From Escherichia phage vB_Eco_ZCEC15: a stretch of 64,000 bases of DNA. Below, one piece after another: positions 1 to 7,888 of the stretch (positions are counted from its first letter, which is position 1; every line of letters begins with the position of its first letter). Below the pieces are notes generated by a model. That model was not told where the DNA came from, did not search any database, and saw only the letters and a program-made list of their open reading frames with translations. A program made the position numbers and the translations under genes. The DNA is taken from sequence record PQ871103.1; one strand, given 5' to 3'.

Positions 1-30
1 CTCATTATCAATCCAAGGTATTGATGACAT
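1..30 (-). CDS. 61: DNA primase gp61, first 10 codons only (gene continues beyond window start)
   Basis: Minus-strand reading from ATG at 30 gives MSSIPWIDNE, matching the T4 primase N-terminus as I recall it; truncated by window edge. Confidence 0.55.
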   Translation of the reverse strand, partial: MSSIPWIDNE

Positions 31-32
31 TT

Positions 33-197
33 TTACTCTTCTTTTTCTTTAGATTCCTCTTTTTTCTTTTTAGGAATCTGTTCAGGACCTTTATTTACTA
101 CAGCGCCTGATGTTGTTCCAGTGGAGATATTTTCAGGATTACCACCTGAATCTCCAGCTACCATATCTTCTTTAATAAATTCTTTATATGTTTTCAT
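33..197 (-). CDS. small protein, 54 aa (61.1 position), N-terminus MKTYKEFIKE
   Basis: Own translation of minus strand: ATG at 197, TAA at 33-35; below the 60-aa cutoff of the ORF track; tightly packed between gene 61 start and next ORF. Confidence 0.45.
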   Translation of the reverse strand: MKTYKEFIKEDMVAGDSGGNPENISTGTTSGAVVNKGPEQIPKKKKEESKEKEE

Positions 198-198
198 A

Positions 199-555
199 TT
201 AACCTCTATTCATAAAAGCATTAAAAATTTGGTCATCAATCGATGGAACAGCAACCTTTTCGGCATCATTTAGCAAATCATTAATTTCATCAGATAGCAT
301 AACGCATGTACCTTTATTTCCTGTAATTGTTACTGCACAATTACGAACGTTTTCTTTATCAAATTTTAGGTTAATATTTTCGTAGTGAAAATCCTTTAAT
401 GCCGAATATATTTTTAAAATGAAATTGTCTTTTACTGCAATAAACCCAACTTCACTATTAAAACGTGGTTCATGGAAACTGTAATAAACCTTTTCATCTA
501 TAAAATCGTATGAAATTTTTTCCATTTTTAAATATGAAAATTCAGAACTGTACAT
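199..555 (-). CDS. hypothetical protein, 118 aa (61.2 position)
   Basis: ORF track; fills gap in minus-strand gene string. Confidence 0.6.
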   Translation of the reverse strand: MYSSEFSYLKMEKISYDFIDEKVYYSFHEPRFNSEVGFIAVKDNFILKIYSALKDFHYENINLKFDKENVRNCAVTITGNKGTCVMLSDEINDLLNDAEKVAVPSIDDQIFNAFMNRG

Positions 556-567
556 ACTAACCTCTAA

Positions 568-861
568 TTACTCACCTACCACTTCAGCGATGATATTTTT
601 ATTATTAAAGTTTTTATCGCAATACAGAACATAATTATACTGCATTACACCGCCAGACTTAAGCTGTTTTTGCACTTCAGCTTTCATTTCAGGACGATCA
701 CGCTCAACGATATTCATAATATCTGCTTCAATTTGAGTTTCAACCTCAGTCTGATCTGCAGTCATAGACCATTCACACAAATCTTTGTCATAACCCGCCA
801 TAGCAGGCTGAGCAGCACAAGAAGATAAAGCAAAAATTGCAGCAAAGATAAATTTTTTCAT
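568..861 (-). CDS. sp: Spackle (Sp) periplasmic protein, 97 aa, signal peptide
   Basis: N-terminal signal peptide MKKFIFAAIFALSSCAAQPAMA; length and position match T4 sp. Confidence 0.75.
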   Translation of the reverse strand: MKKFIFAAIFALSSCAAQPAMAGYDKDLCEWSMTADQTEVETQIEADIMNIVERDRPEMKAEVQKQLKSGGVMQYNYVLYCDKNFNNKNIIAEVVGE

Positions 862-919
862 GATAATCTCCTCAGTAGTTTATGTTTATAGTATCTCAAT
901 TTCCAATAAAAGTAAACAA

Positions 920-1177
920 TTATTTTAAAACTTCTGCATAATCACATGTTACAAACTGTTTCTCTAACTTGACGATTTTACGAAAGTATCTTTTGCATTG
1001 GCGAATCTGCCGCTTTGTAGGGCGCACAGCAAACTTAATAAATTCCACTCGACCAAATGGAGGACTTTCTTCTGCTGGAATATCTAACACCAATTCCCAC
1101 GTATCTGCAATAAGTGCTTTGAATTGAGTATTTTTCCTGACATTATACGGAGTAGGTTTAAATAAAACGATATGCAT
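920..1177 (-). CDS. hypothetical protein (61.4 position), about 85 aa from internal Met
   Basis: ORF track 920..1219; start at Met15 (ATG at 1177) has GAGGA SD and avoids overlap with dmd. Confidence 0.5.
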   Translation of the reverse strand: MHIVLFKPTPYNVRKNTQFKALIADTWELVLDIPAEESPPFGRVEFIKFAVRPTKRQIRQCKRYFRKIVKLEKQFVTCDYAEVLK

Positions 1178-1178
1178 A

Positions 1179-1361
1179 TTATCCTCGGCAATCCACTTCA
1201 CATACTTTCTTGTCATCAATGAAAGCTTTAACTAATGCTTTATTAACTTCAGCGTATTGATTAGTAGCCCATTGAACGTCATCTTTCATCATTGTGATTT
1301 CTTTAGTAAACATGCTTTCGTTCTTAAACCACCCCATAAAAACTACCTTTACCAATTCCAT
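1179..1361 (-). CDS. dmd: Dmd (discriminator of mRNA degradation; RnlA/LsoA antitoxin), 60 aa
   Basis: 60-aa ORF immediately downstream of gene 41, as in T4. Confidence 0.8.
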   Translation of the reverse strand: MELVKVVFMGWFKNESMFTKEITMMKDDVQWATNQYAEVNKALVKAFIDDKKVCEVDCRG

Positions 1362-1419
1362 AACAATCTCCTCATTTAACCAACAAGACTACTATACCAT
1401 AGTCTTGTTGGCTTGTAAA

Positions 1420-2847
1420 CTAAAATTTTAATTCATTCGCTAAAGCATCTAACTGAGCTCGAGCGGATTCGTTTCTTTGATAGCGATTCTGTTCAGCCTG
1501 AATCTGCTGTGAACCTGCTACTTCGTTCACTTCAGTTGGAGTAGAATCTTGTTCAATTTCTACCCATTTCTGATTTCCTTTTTGAACACCCATCAAAAAC
1601 TTATTCCATTTATTCTTATCACCGTATCGTGATTTGATTTGCTTAATGAGTTGTTGTTCAGCAGCTGCTAGCTCCTCGGTTTCAATGACCGCAAGCATAA
1701 AATCGGCTGTTGCTGGAAGGCCGGCAGATTCTGCAATATCGCTCATGTTAACATCAGAAGAGTCCCAAGCTTGTTTACCAACCTGTGCTGCGGTCCAAAG
1801 AACAGTTTCGGTTTCAACAGCCAGAGCACGCAATTCCTCTGCGATAGCTTTAACAGTTGTGTAACTATTTTCTGAATAAACTCTAATGCGACAAGATTTA
1901 CAAATACCCAGATAGTCAACAATAATGATTGTTGGAACAAAATTCTTCTTGAGCTTCAATTCATTCAAGAGAGACCTGAATGTATTAGCGTCTGCTCCAC
2001 CAGTAGGATACTGTTTAACGATTAAACGGCCGAGAGTAGATTTCTCACGCCATTTTTCCATTTTTCCTTTATACTCAGCGTAAGAAATATGCCCATCATC
2101 AATGTCATCAAGAGAAACATCAAGCATATTAGCGTCAATACGCTTAGCACAGACTTCTTCTGCCATTTCCATGGAAATGTAAAGAACATTATGTCCGAGC
2201 TGCAAATAATCTGCTGCCAATGAACACAGACCTAATGACTTACCGACGTTAACACCAGCCATTAAAACGTTCAGTGTTCCAGTTTCAGCTCCGCCTTTAG
2301 TAATTTTATTTAGAATTTTGAGTCTAAATGGAACCTTACGAGCTTTATTCATATAAGATAGCCAACGTGCTTCGTAGTCATCCATCCAATCATGACCAAC
2401 GTAACTATCAAATGAAATTGATAATGCTTGGCGCATGATGTCAGGAATAGCACCAACATCTGGCATTTTCTTATTTCGTTTTTCCGGAGGAAGCTCAGCA
2501 TTAGTTTGAATTTCAATTATTTTAGACGTAGCATTAAACATCGCCCTTTGCTGAACATATTTTTCTGTTTCTTTTACTAACCAGCTGTGGTCTTCTGGCG
2601 AATCGGCCAGTTTTGAAATAAGTGTTTTTACACCAGAATATTCTGTTTCAGTAAATGAACTATTTTCTAATGCAACATTTAACGCATTAATAGATGGAAC
2701 GCTATGGTATTCATTAACATGAGATTTAATTAATTTGAATGTATTTTTAGCTGGACCACTTTCAAAATATTCTGAATCCATATATGGCCAAACTTTTGAA
2801 AAATAAGCTTGATCAAATATGAGATGAGAAAGAATAATTTCTACCAC
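1420..2847 (-). CDS. 41: replicative DNA helicase gp41 (DnaB family), 475 aa
   Basis: Walker A GVNVGKS; length and sequence match T4 gp41. Confidence 0.95.
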   Translation of the reverse strand: MVEIILSHLIFDQAYFSKVWPYMDSEYFESGPAKNTFKLIKSHVNEYHSVPSINALNVALENSSFTETEYSGVKTLISKLADSPEDHSWLVKETEKYVQQRAMFNATSKIIEIQTNAELPPEKRNKKMPDVGAIPDIMRQALSISFDSYVGHDWMDDYEARWLSYMNKARKVPFRLKILNKITKGGAETGTLNVLMAGVNVGKSLGLCSLAADYLQLGHNVLYISMEMAEEVCAKRIDANMLDVSLDDIDDGHISYAEYKGKMEKWREKSTLGRLIVKQYPTGGADANTFRSLLNELKLKKNFVPTIIIVDYLGICKSCRIRVYSENSYTTVKAIAEELRALAVETETVLWTAAQVGKQAWDSSDVNMSDIAESAGLPATADFMLAVIETEELAAAEQQLIKQIKSRYGDKNKWNKFLMGVQKGNQKWVEIEQDSTPTEVNEVAGSQQIQAEQNRYQRNESARAQLDALANELKF

Positions 2848-2856
2848 ACTTACTCC

Positions 2857-3201
2857 TTAAAAGAATTTAAATTTTTTCTTTGACCTTTTATTAAATGCAT
2901 CTTGTAGTTGCATTGTAATACATTTTTCTACATGAGGAGCTAACTCAGCTTTTCTTTCTTGGTCAAGAACAGCAAAGTCCATTACGACTTTTCCATCAAC
3001 CCAATCTAATTTTGTCACATACACAATGTGTGTAGAACCATCTTCTAGTTTAATGACAATCTCCTGGATAACATTTTCCATGGCAGATTTAATTATCTTA
3101 AGAGATTCATTAAAAAGACGTTCTTTTCTTTCTTCTTCCCCCTCCGAAGAGGGGGATTCATCGATAATTTCTAGATCTAAATCTAAATCATCTTTATTCA
3201 T
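2857..3201 (-). CDS. 40: gp40 head vertex assembly chaperone (likely 114 aa from internal Met)
   Basis: Position between 41 and uvsX; ORF track gives 2857..3219. Confidence 0.65.
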   Translation of the reverse strand: MNKDDLDLDLEIIDESPSSEGEEERKERLFNESLKIIKSAMENVIQEIVIKLEDGSTHIVYVTKLDWVDGKVVMDFAVLDQERKAELAPHVEKCITMQLQDAFNKRSKKKFKFF

Positions 3202-4375
3202 TAAATTCTTCCATATCACTTAACTGATCTAGGTCAGTTTCTAAATCAGCTGCTGATTTACTTTTACTTTCTGGAGATTTAAATTTTTCAACCTTTGAGT
3301 TAATCAACTCATCAACTTCAGCTTCAACAATTTCATTACTATCAATAGCACCTAACTGATAAGCACGTTTAATAGCATCTCGGAATGGCTGATGCTTAAA
3401 TAAAGGACCCCAGAATGTAGTGCAGTTGGTATCTTTTGCACGCCAAGATTTTTCTTCTCGAATCATCTCGCCAGTTTCTTCGTCAAGAAATTCACGAGCA
3501 TACCAACCATTTTTAGGTTTTACCACAAATCCTAATTCAAGAGCCATATCTAACAATCCAGAATAAGGATCGATACCACCGTCAAATTTAACATCAATAA
3601 AGAATTTACTTTTTTCTTTAACGGTACGAGATTTTTCTACATTTAGAACAAATTGATACCCCTGAAGATCAGAACCATCTTTAATCTGGCGCTTACCGAT
3701 AATGAATACAGTATCAGCCGAATACATTACGCCTGTACCACCTGTCATCACGGTTTTACTGAACATTTCAATTGTTTCAATTGTATGGTTAACCGCAACG
3801 CATGGAATGTTTTTAATACTAAAATAAGGAGTAACAATACGGAATAATGACTTCAGTGATTTAGCACGAGTCATATCTGCCACAGATTTTTCATTCAAGG
3901 CATCTTCCGTTTCTTTCTTAGAAGCCATATTACCGATTGAGTCGATGAATACAATAACTTTTTCACCACGCTCAATAGCTTCAAGCTGATTCACCATATC
4001 AATTTTCAGCTGTTCAACTGACTGAATTGGTGTATGAATTACTCGTTCCGGGTCAACTCCCATGGATCGCAAATAAGCTGGAGTAATGCCAAATTCGCTA
4101 TCATAAAATAGACATACCGCGTCAGGATATTTGTTCAAATACGCCGCAACCATAGTCAAAGACATATTTGATTTAAAGTGTTTAGAAGGACCTGCAAAAA
4201 TGGTTAAACCAGACTGCATACCACCATCAATCGCACCAGAAATAGCAATATTAAGCATTGGGATTTTTGTACGGATTACATCCTTTTCATTAAAGAATTT
4301 AGATGTAGTCAGTTCAGCAGTCATTTTAGAAGTGGAAGCTTTAATCAAACGGGATTTTAAATCTGCAATAGACAT
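3194..4375 (-). CDS. uvsX: UvsX recombinase (RecA/Rad51 family), 393 aa
   Basis: Sequence closely resembles T4 UvsX but is not identical at N-terminus. Confidence 0.95.
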   Translation of the reverse strand: MSIADLKSRLIKASTSKMTAELTTSKFFNEKDVIRTKIPMLNIAISGAIDGGMQSGLTIFAGPSKHFKSNMSLTMVAAYLNKYPDAVCLFYDSEFGITPAYLRSMGVDPERVIHTPIQSVEQLKIDMVNQLEAIERGEKVIVFIDSIGNMASKKETEDALNEKSVADMTRAKSLKSLFRIVTPYFSIKNIPCVAVNHTIETIEMFSKTVMTGGTGVMYSADTVFIIGKRQIKDGSDLQGYQFVLNVEKSRTVKEKSKFFIDVKFDGGIDPYSGLLDMALELGFVVKPKNGWYAREFLDEETGEMIREEKSWRAKDTNCTTFWGPLFKHQPFRDAIKRAYQLGAIDSNEIVEAEVDELINSKVEKFKSPESKSKSAADLETDLDQLSDMEEFNE

Positions 4376-4452
4376 TCATTTTTTCCATAGGCATCATTAT
4401 ATTTTCCTCACTGGTTAAAGATAAAGTAATTATAACACAATAAATTTAGGCA

Positions 4453-5295
4453 TTAATCAACTGCTATTGGATGAATAGCATTAAACTTATGAAATGCTTC
4501 TGATTTTTCTTTGCGCGAAACACACATGCGAAGAACCTTTAATGGCTCGTCTTCTTCACCCAACGATTTTCTCTTTTCAATATTCGATGTTTTCCAACGA
4601 GCTTGCTCTGGAAACTCTCTATTGATTTGCTCAAGAGCTCTATTATGTTTTGAATTACTACGAATTGAACTGCACCCGCCCGGAGCCTGTGCTTTTCCAG
4701 ATACAACCAGATATTTGAACAGGGCCAAATGCGGATAACCTTGATTAATTAAATTGAGAAATGCATACATATCTTCGCATAAATCAATTTTTCCATACCC
4801 AATTTGTTCTGTTGTAAGTTTTCCGAGGTCATACCATGTATTCGTGAATCCATATGAATTTTCACGATAATTACCCCAAGATGAAGTAATTTTAAAAATT
4901 GGTAAACGAGCATGACCATGATAATACCCGCAATCCATGGCATCTTCAACGTATTGAATCAATTCATAGAACTGTTCACGAGTTAACTGATTAATTTTAT
5001 CTACGCAGCGACGATCATCTTTCTTTCGCATTGAACTCATACGAATAGTAGTATCATCATCAATCATCCAAATTCGTTGACCTGCATACATATCAGTAAT
5101 TGCTTTACGAGTACCGGCAATTCCGTTTACATCATCAGGAATAGTTATAATTTTAGCTCTAGACCCATAGGCATCATAATAAGCTTTTTCTTCATGTTCA
5201 CGCACTACAATATGGGGTTCATAATCAGTCGGAAACATATCAAGGGCAGAAACTGCCCCGACACGCTGATAACTTGGAATTACGAATTGAATCAT
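4453..5295 (-). CDS. GT-A fold glycosyltransferase, 280 aa (candidate beta-glucosyl-HMC-alpha-glucosyltransferase of T2/T6 type)
   Basis: N-terminal VIPSYQRV and DxD motif IWMIDDD typical of GT-A enzymes; occupies the locus of T4 beta-gt but is unrelated in sequence. Confidence 0.6.
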   Translation of the reverse strand: MIQFVIPSYQRVGAVSALDMFPTDYEPHIVVREHEEKAYYDAYGSRAKIITIPDDVNGIAGTRKAITDMYAGQRIWMIDDDTTIRMSSMRKKDDRRCVDKINQLTREQFYELIQYVEDAMDCGYYHGHARLPIFKITSSWGNYRENSYGFTNTWYDLGKLTTEQIGYGKIDLCEDMYAFLNLINQGYPHLALFKYLVVSGKAQAPGGCSSIRSNSKHNRALEQINREFPEQARWKTSNIEKRKSLGEEDEPLKVLRMCVSRKEKSEAFHKFNAIHPIAVD

Positions 5296-5933
5296 TTAAG
5301 TGCCTTACATTTGTCAAAATGGTATCTTGTCATATTTGGCCCACGTCCTTTTAGTCCGCAATGCGGACATATTTTTTCTATCAAATTATGAGGTTTTCCT
5401 TTACGATTTTTAGACATCGTTTCTTTAATTATTTTAGCTTTTTCTGCGCCAAAAATTTCTTCATAAGTTTTACCAGAATTTTCCTTTGCTCGATTTATAA
5501 TTCCATATGCCTGCTCATTTTTACCATACATTGGATTACCTTCGCCTTTCATTCTTTTAGAATGATCAGGACGCTTGATTCCACGAAAGGCATTTCCGCA
5601 CTTATATCTTTCTTCTGGAGATAGTTTTTTACCGTACATTCCATTTAATTTGCCTGGAAAACTTCCTCCCCATGCTTCATTCTTTAAATTATATGAATCC
5701 GGACAATTAGCAGCATCTAAACAAGTTAAAATAATTTCTTCAACCTGTCTAAACATTGGTCCTTCATATAATATTTCTTTATTAAAGGATTTTATTCCAT
5801 ATTTCTTTTTAGCATGTTGCCAAACTACACCCGAACCATCATAATTTGGGTTGTGACCATCATGACTTCCTATATACCACTTTTTAGTTTTAGGATGTTT
5901 ATACTTATAAACATGTGGCACATTTACTTCCAT
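5292..5933 (-). CDS. GIY-YIG homing endonuclease (seg-like), 213 aa, C-terminal zinc finger
   Basis: VYKY...WYIGS GIY-YIG motif, NUMOD3-like G-K-x-S/P-E repeats, C-terminal CPHCG...RYHFDKC. Confidence 0.75.
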   Translation of the reverse strand: MEVNVPHVYKYKHPKTKKWYIGSHDGHNPNYDGSGVVWQHAKKKYGIKSFNKEILYEGPMFRQVEEIILTCLDAANCPDSYNLKNEAWGGSFPGKLNGMYGKKLSPEERYKCGNAFRGIKRPDHSKRMKGEGNPMYGKNEQAYGIINRAKENSGKTYEEIFGAEKAKIIKETMSKNRKGKPHNLIEKICPHCGLKGRGPNMTRYHFDKCKALK

Positions 5934-6664
5934 TTTCCAGTATAATCCTTTTTAGCAATATGAGTTTCACCAGTGTTCCACCAATGGTCAACTAAATAAA
6001 ACTGATTTTCGTACACATGAAGACTTCCAACGTTCCATATAATAGAACCTGCTTTATATTGCCGCGATGGGTCGCCTGCATTCAAATCAGATACTAATTT
6101 ATCTAGTACGTATTTTTGCCATGCATAATCATTACGATAGCCTGCCCAGCAGTCATTGCTTCTCATATTAACAACTGCATTGACTTTCTTGTCACGAATC
6201 AGATACTGTACGGTATTCGTACACATGAAATCTGACATACCATCTTTATTGTAGTCAAACTGCATAGATGGACGAGTATAAATCATGATACCACGTCGAG
6301 AATCAGGATTTTGACCAAGTTCAGCTAAACACATATCATACTGGGCATAGTTATCTTCTGACCAGATGGCCCAACCATAATTCGAGTTAATTTCGCCTTT
6401 AGAAGATGCTACCTGCTGCCAAATCTTCGGTGTTTCACCCGGAATATCTTTAACAAACAAACTTTTAGATTTATACCATTCAAGTTCACGTTGAATGTAT
6501 TCATCATTAAGAGCGCCAAAAATAAACGGTTCATCTGCTACAAATGATGCGCCAATAATTTCAATAGTTTTAACGCCAGTTTTATCAACTACGAAATCTT
6601 TTTCCTTTAATGCAAGCCCCAAATGAAGACGGATTTCTTCAACTGTCATAGAGTCACTAATCAT
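5924..6664 (-). CDS. 42: dCMP hydroxymethylase gp42, 246 aa
   Basis: Sequence and length match T4 gp42. Confidence 0.95.
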   Translation of the reverse strand: MISDSMTVEEIRLHLGLALKEKDFVVDKTGVKTIEIIGASFVADEPFIFGALNDEYIQRELEWYKSKSLFVKDIPGETPKIWQQVASSKGEINSNYGWAIWSEDNYAQYDMCLAELGQNPDSRRGIMIYTRPSMQFDYNKDGMSDFMCTNTVQYLIRDKKVNAVVNMRSNDCWAGYRNDYAWQKYVLDKLVSDLNAGDPSRQYKAGSIIWNVGSLHVYENQFYLVDHWWNTGETHIAKKDYTGKWK

Positions 6665-6817
6665 TTAAACCTCAATTGATACATTCATATTTAACTTGTA
6701 ACAGTAATAAACCCCAACCTATAATAAGTGTCGGAATCATACAAGGAACCGTTACGCTATAGTATATACTTATTATAATCATCAAGATTAAAAGCAATAC
6801 TGCTAAAATTTTGCTTT

Positions 6818-7069
6818 TCATTCCTTCTCTCTGATGATAATTACTTGATTTGGTTGTGCGGATTTTTTAGTTTCACCCGCAATTGACCAAATAAATGTAA
6901 TAAACCAACCAATAATTGACCAATTAAACAGTAAAGATGTGAAAAAGATTCCTACTGTCGATTTTGACCCGCGCATCAAGGCGATGAACCATGGAAGCAT
7001 GTATATAATAATAGCCAACACGCCTGAAACTAAAACCATAAAAATTGAACCTGCTACTAAAGTTTCCAT
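6818..7069 (-). CDS. imm: Imm superinfection immunity membrane protein, 83 aa
   Basis: Two hydrophobic helices, 83 aa, position downstream of 43. Confidence 0.8.
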   Translation of the reverse strand: METLVAGSIFMVLVSGVLAIIIYMLPWFIALMRGSKSTVGIFFTSLLFNWSIIGWFITFIWSIAGETKKSAQPNQVIIIREKE

Positions 7070-7076
7070 ATTTTCC

Positions 7077-7457
7077 TCACTTAGTCAAATTTTTTACACA
7101 TGAATTATAAGAATTCACTACATACTCCATCGGAGCATTTTTACCTGTACGCCACTGGTAATTATTAGCCCAATTTGCCCAAAGTTCAGCGCAGTAGTTT
7201 TCAATTTTTTCTTCGCGTGTAATTACATCTGAATTACGATATGCTTGAGCAGATTCATCTGGACGAATAGCTTCGTCAAAATTCGCCTGCATTTGTTCTA
7301 CTGTTTGCTTTGGAGCTTCTTTATAACACTTGACATTAGGATTATAAAATTTGCTTGAACAGTTTACAATTTTTCCTGCATCAGACTGATTTACTACCGG
7401 TCCTTGAGCTACACAACCAGTAAGACCTAATGCAATAACCAAAATAGCGATTTTCAT
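7077..7457 (-). CDS. predicted lipoprotein, 126 aa (imm.1 position)
   Basis: Signal peptide with lipobox LTGC; Cys-rich mature part. Confidence 0.6.
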   Translation of the reverse strand: MKIAILVIALGLTGCVAQGPVVNQSDAGKIVNCSSKFYNPNVKCYKEAPKQTVEQMQANFDEAIRPDESAQAYRNSDVITREEKIENYCAELWANWANNYQWRTGKNAPMEYVVNSYNSCVKNLTK

Positions 7458-7467
7458 AATAATTTCC

Positions 7468-7716
7468 TCAAATGCAAGTAGTAATTACTCCAGTAGTGCT
7501 TATGCAGGTATTACCCATTTGCACACCTAAAGATCCATTTGTATTCACATGAAGATTATCATCAATTTTAACTGATATTTTACCATTAGTGTGAATAACG
7601 GTGCTAGATTCAATCACAGGTTGAGTATCATTTTCAACACTAACAAATGGAACTGCTGCTAATGCAACTAAACAAACTGCTAAGCATCCCATAACAATTT
7701 TCATTTCATTCTCCAA
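7468..7716 (-). CDS. small exported protein, about 78-82 aa
   Basis: Signal peptide; GGAG SD before ATG at about 7704; early promoter module immediately upstream. Confidence 0.5.
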   Translation of the reverse strand: MENEMKIVMGCLAVCLVALAAVPFVSVENDTQPVIESSTVIHTNGKISVKIDDNLHVNTNGSLGVQMGNTCISTTGVITTCI

Positions 7717-7741
7717 ATCCGTATCAGTAGTTGATAGTTGT

Positions 7742-7771
7742 ATAGTACCATAGAAGAACAGGGATGTAAAC
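7742..7771 (-). promoter_or_regulatory. sigma70-type early promoter (TTTACA-17-TACTAT on minus strand)
   Basis: GTTTAC -35 and TACTAT -10 read on minus strand; same module repeated at 50572..50601. Confidence 0.55.
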
Positions 7772-7850
7772 AGTTTTGTGAAAAAATTTTTAGGGAATCC
7801 AAAGGGTCCAGAATCATCTCTTTTTCATAAGTATAGATTTATATTACTTG

Positions 7851-7876
7851 TATGAAAAAGGGACCTGGAGGTCCCT
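7851..7876 (-). terminator. intrinsic terminator downstream of gene 43 (stem AGGGACC/GGTCCCT plus U-run)
   Basis: Perfect 7-bp inverted repeat with 4-nt loop followed by U-run on minus-strand transcript. Confidence 0.6.
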
Positions 7877-7888
7877 AGATTTATTCTA

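Noticed and set aside
1634-1864. Plus-strand ORF of 76 aa (and similar antisense ORFs such as 3026-3223, 8183-8389, 12617-13033, 15743-16126, 36959-37246, 44532-44921, 50843-51190)
   Set aside because: They lie wholly inside well-supported minus-strand genes, have low-complexity or Cys/Ser-rich translations and no ribosome-binding sites; they are antisense frames kept open by AT-rich codon usage.
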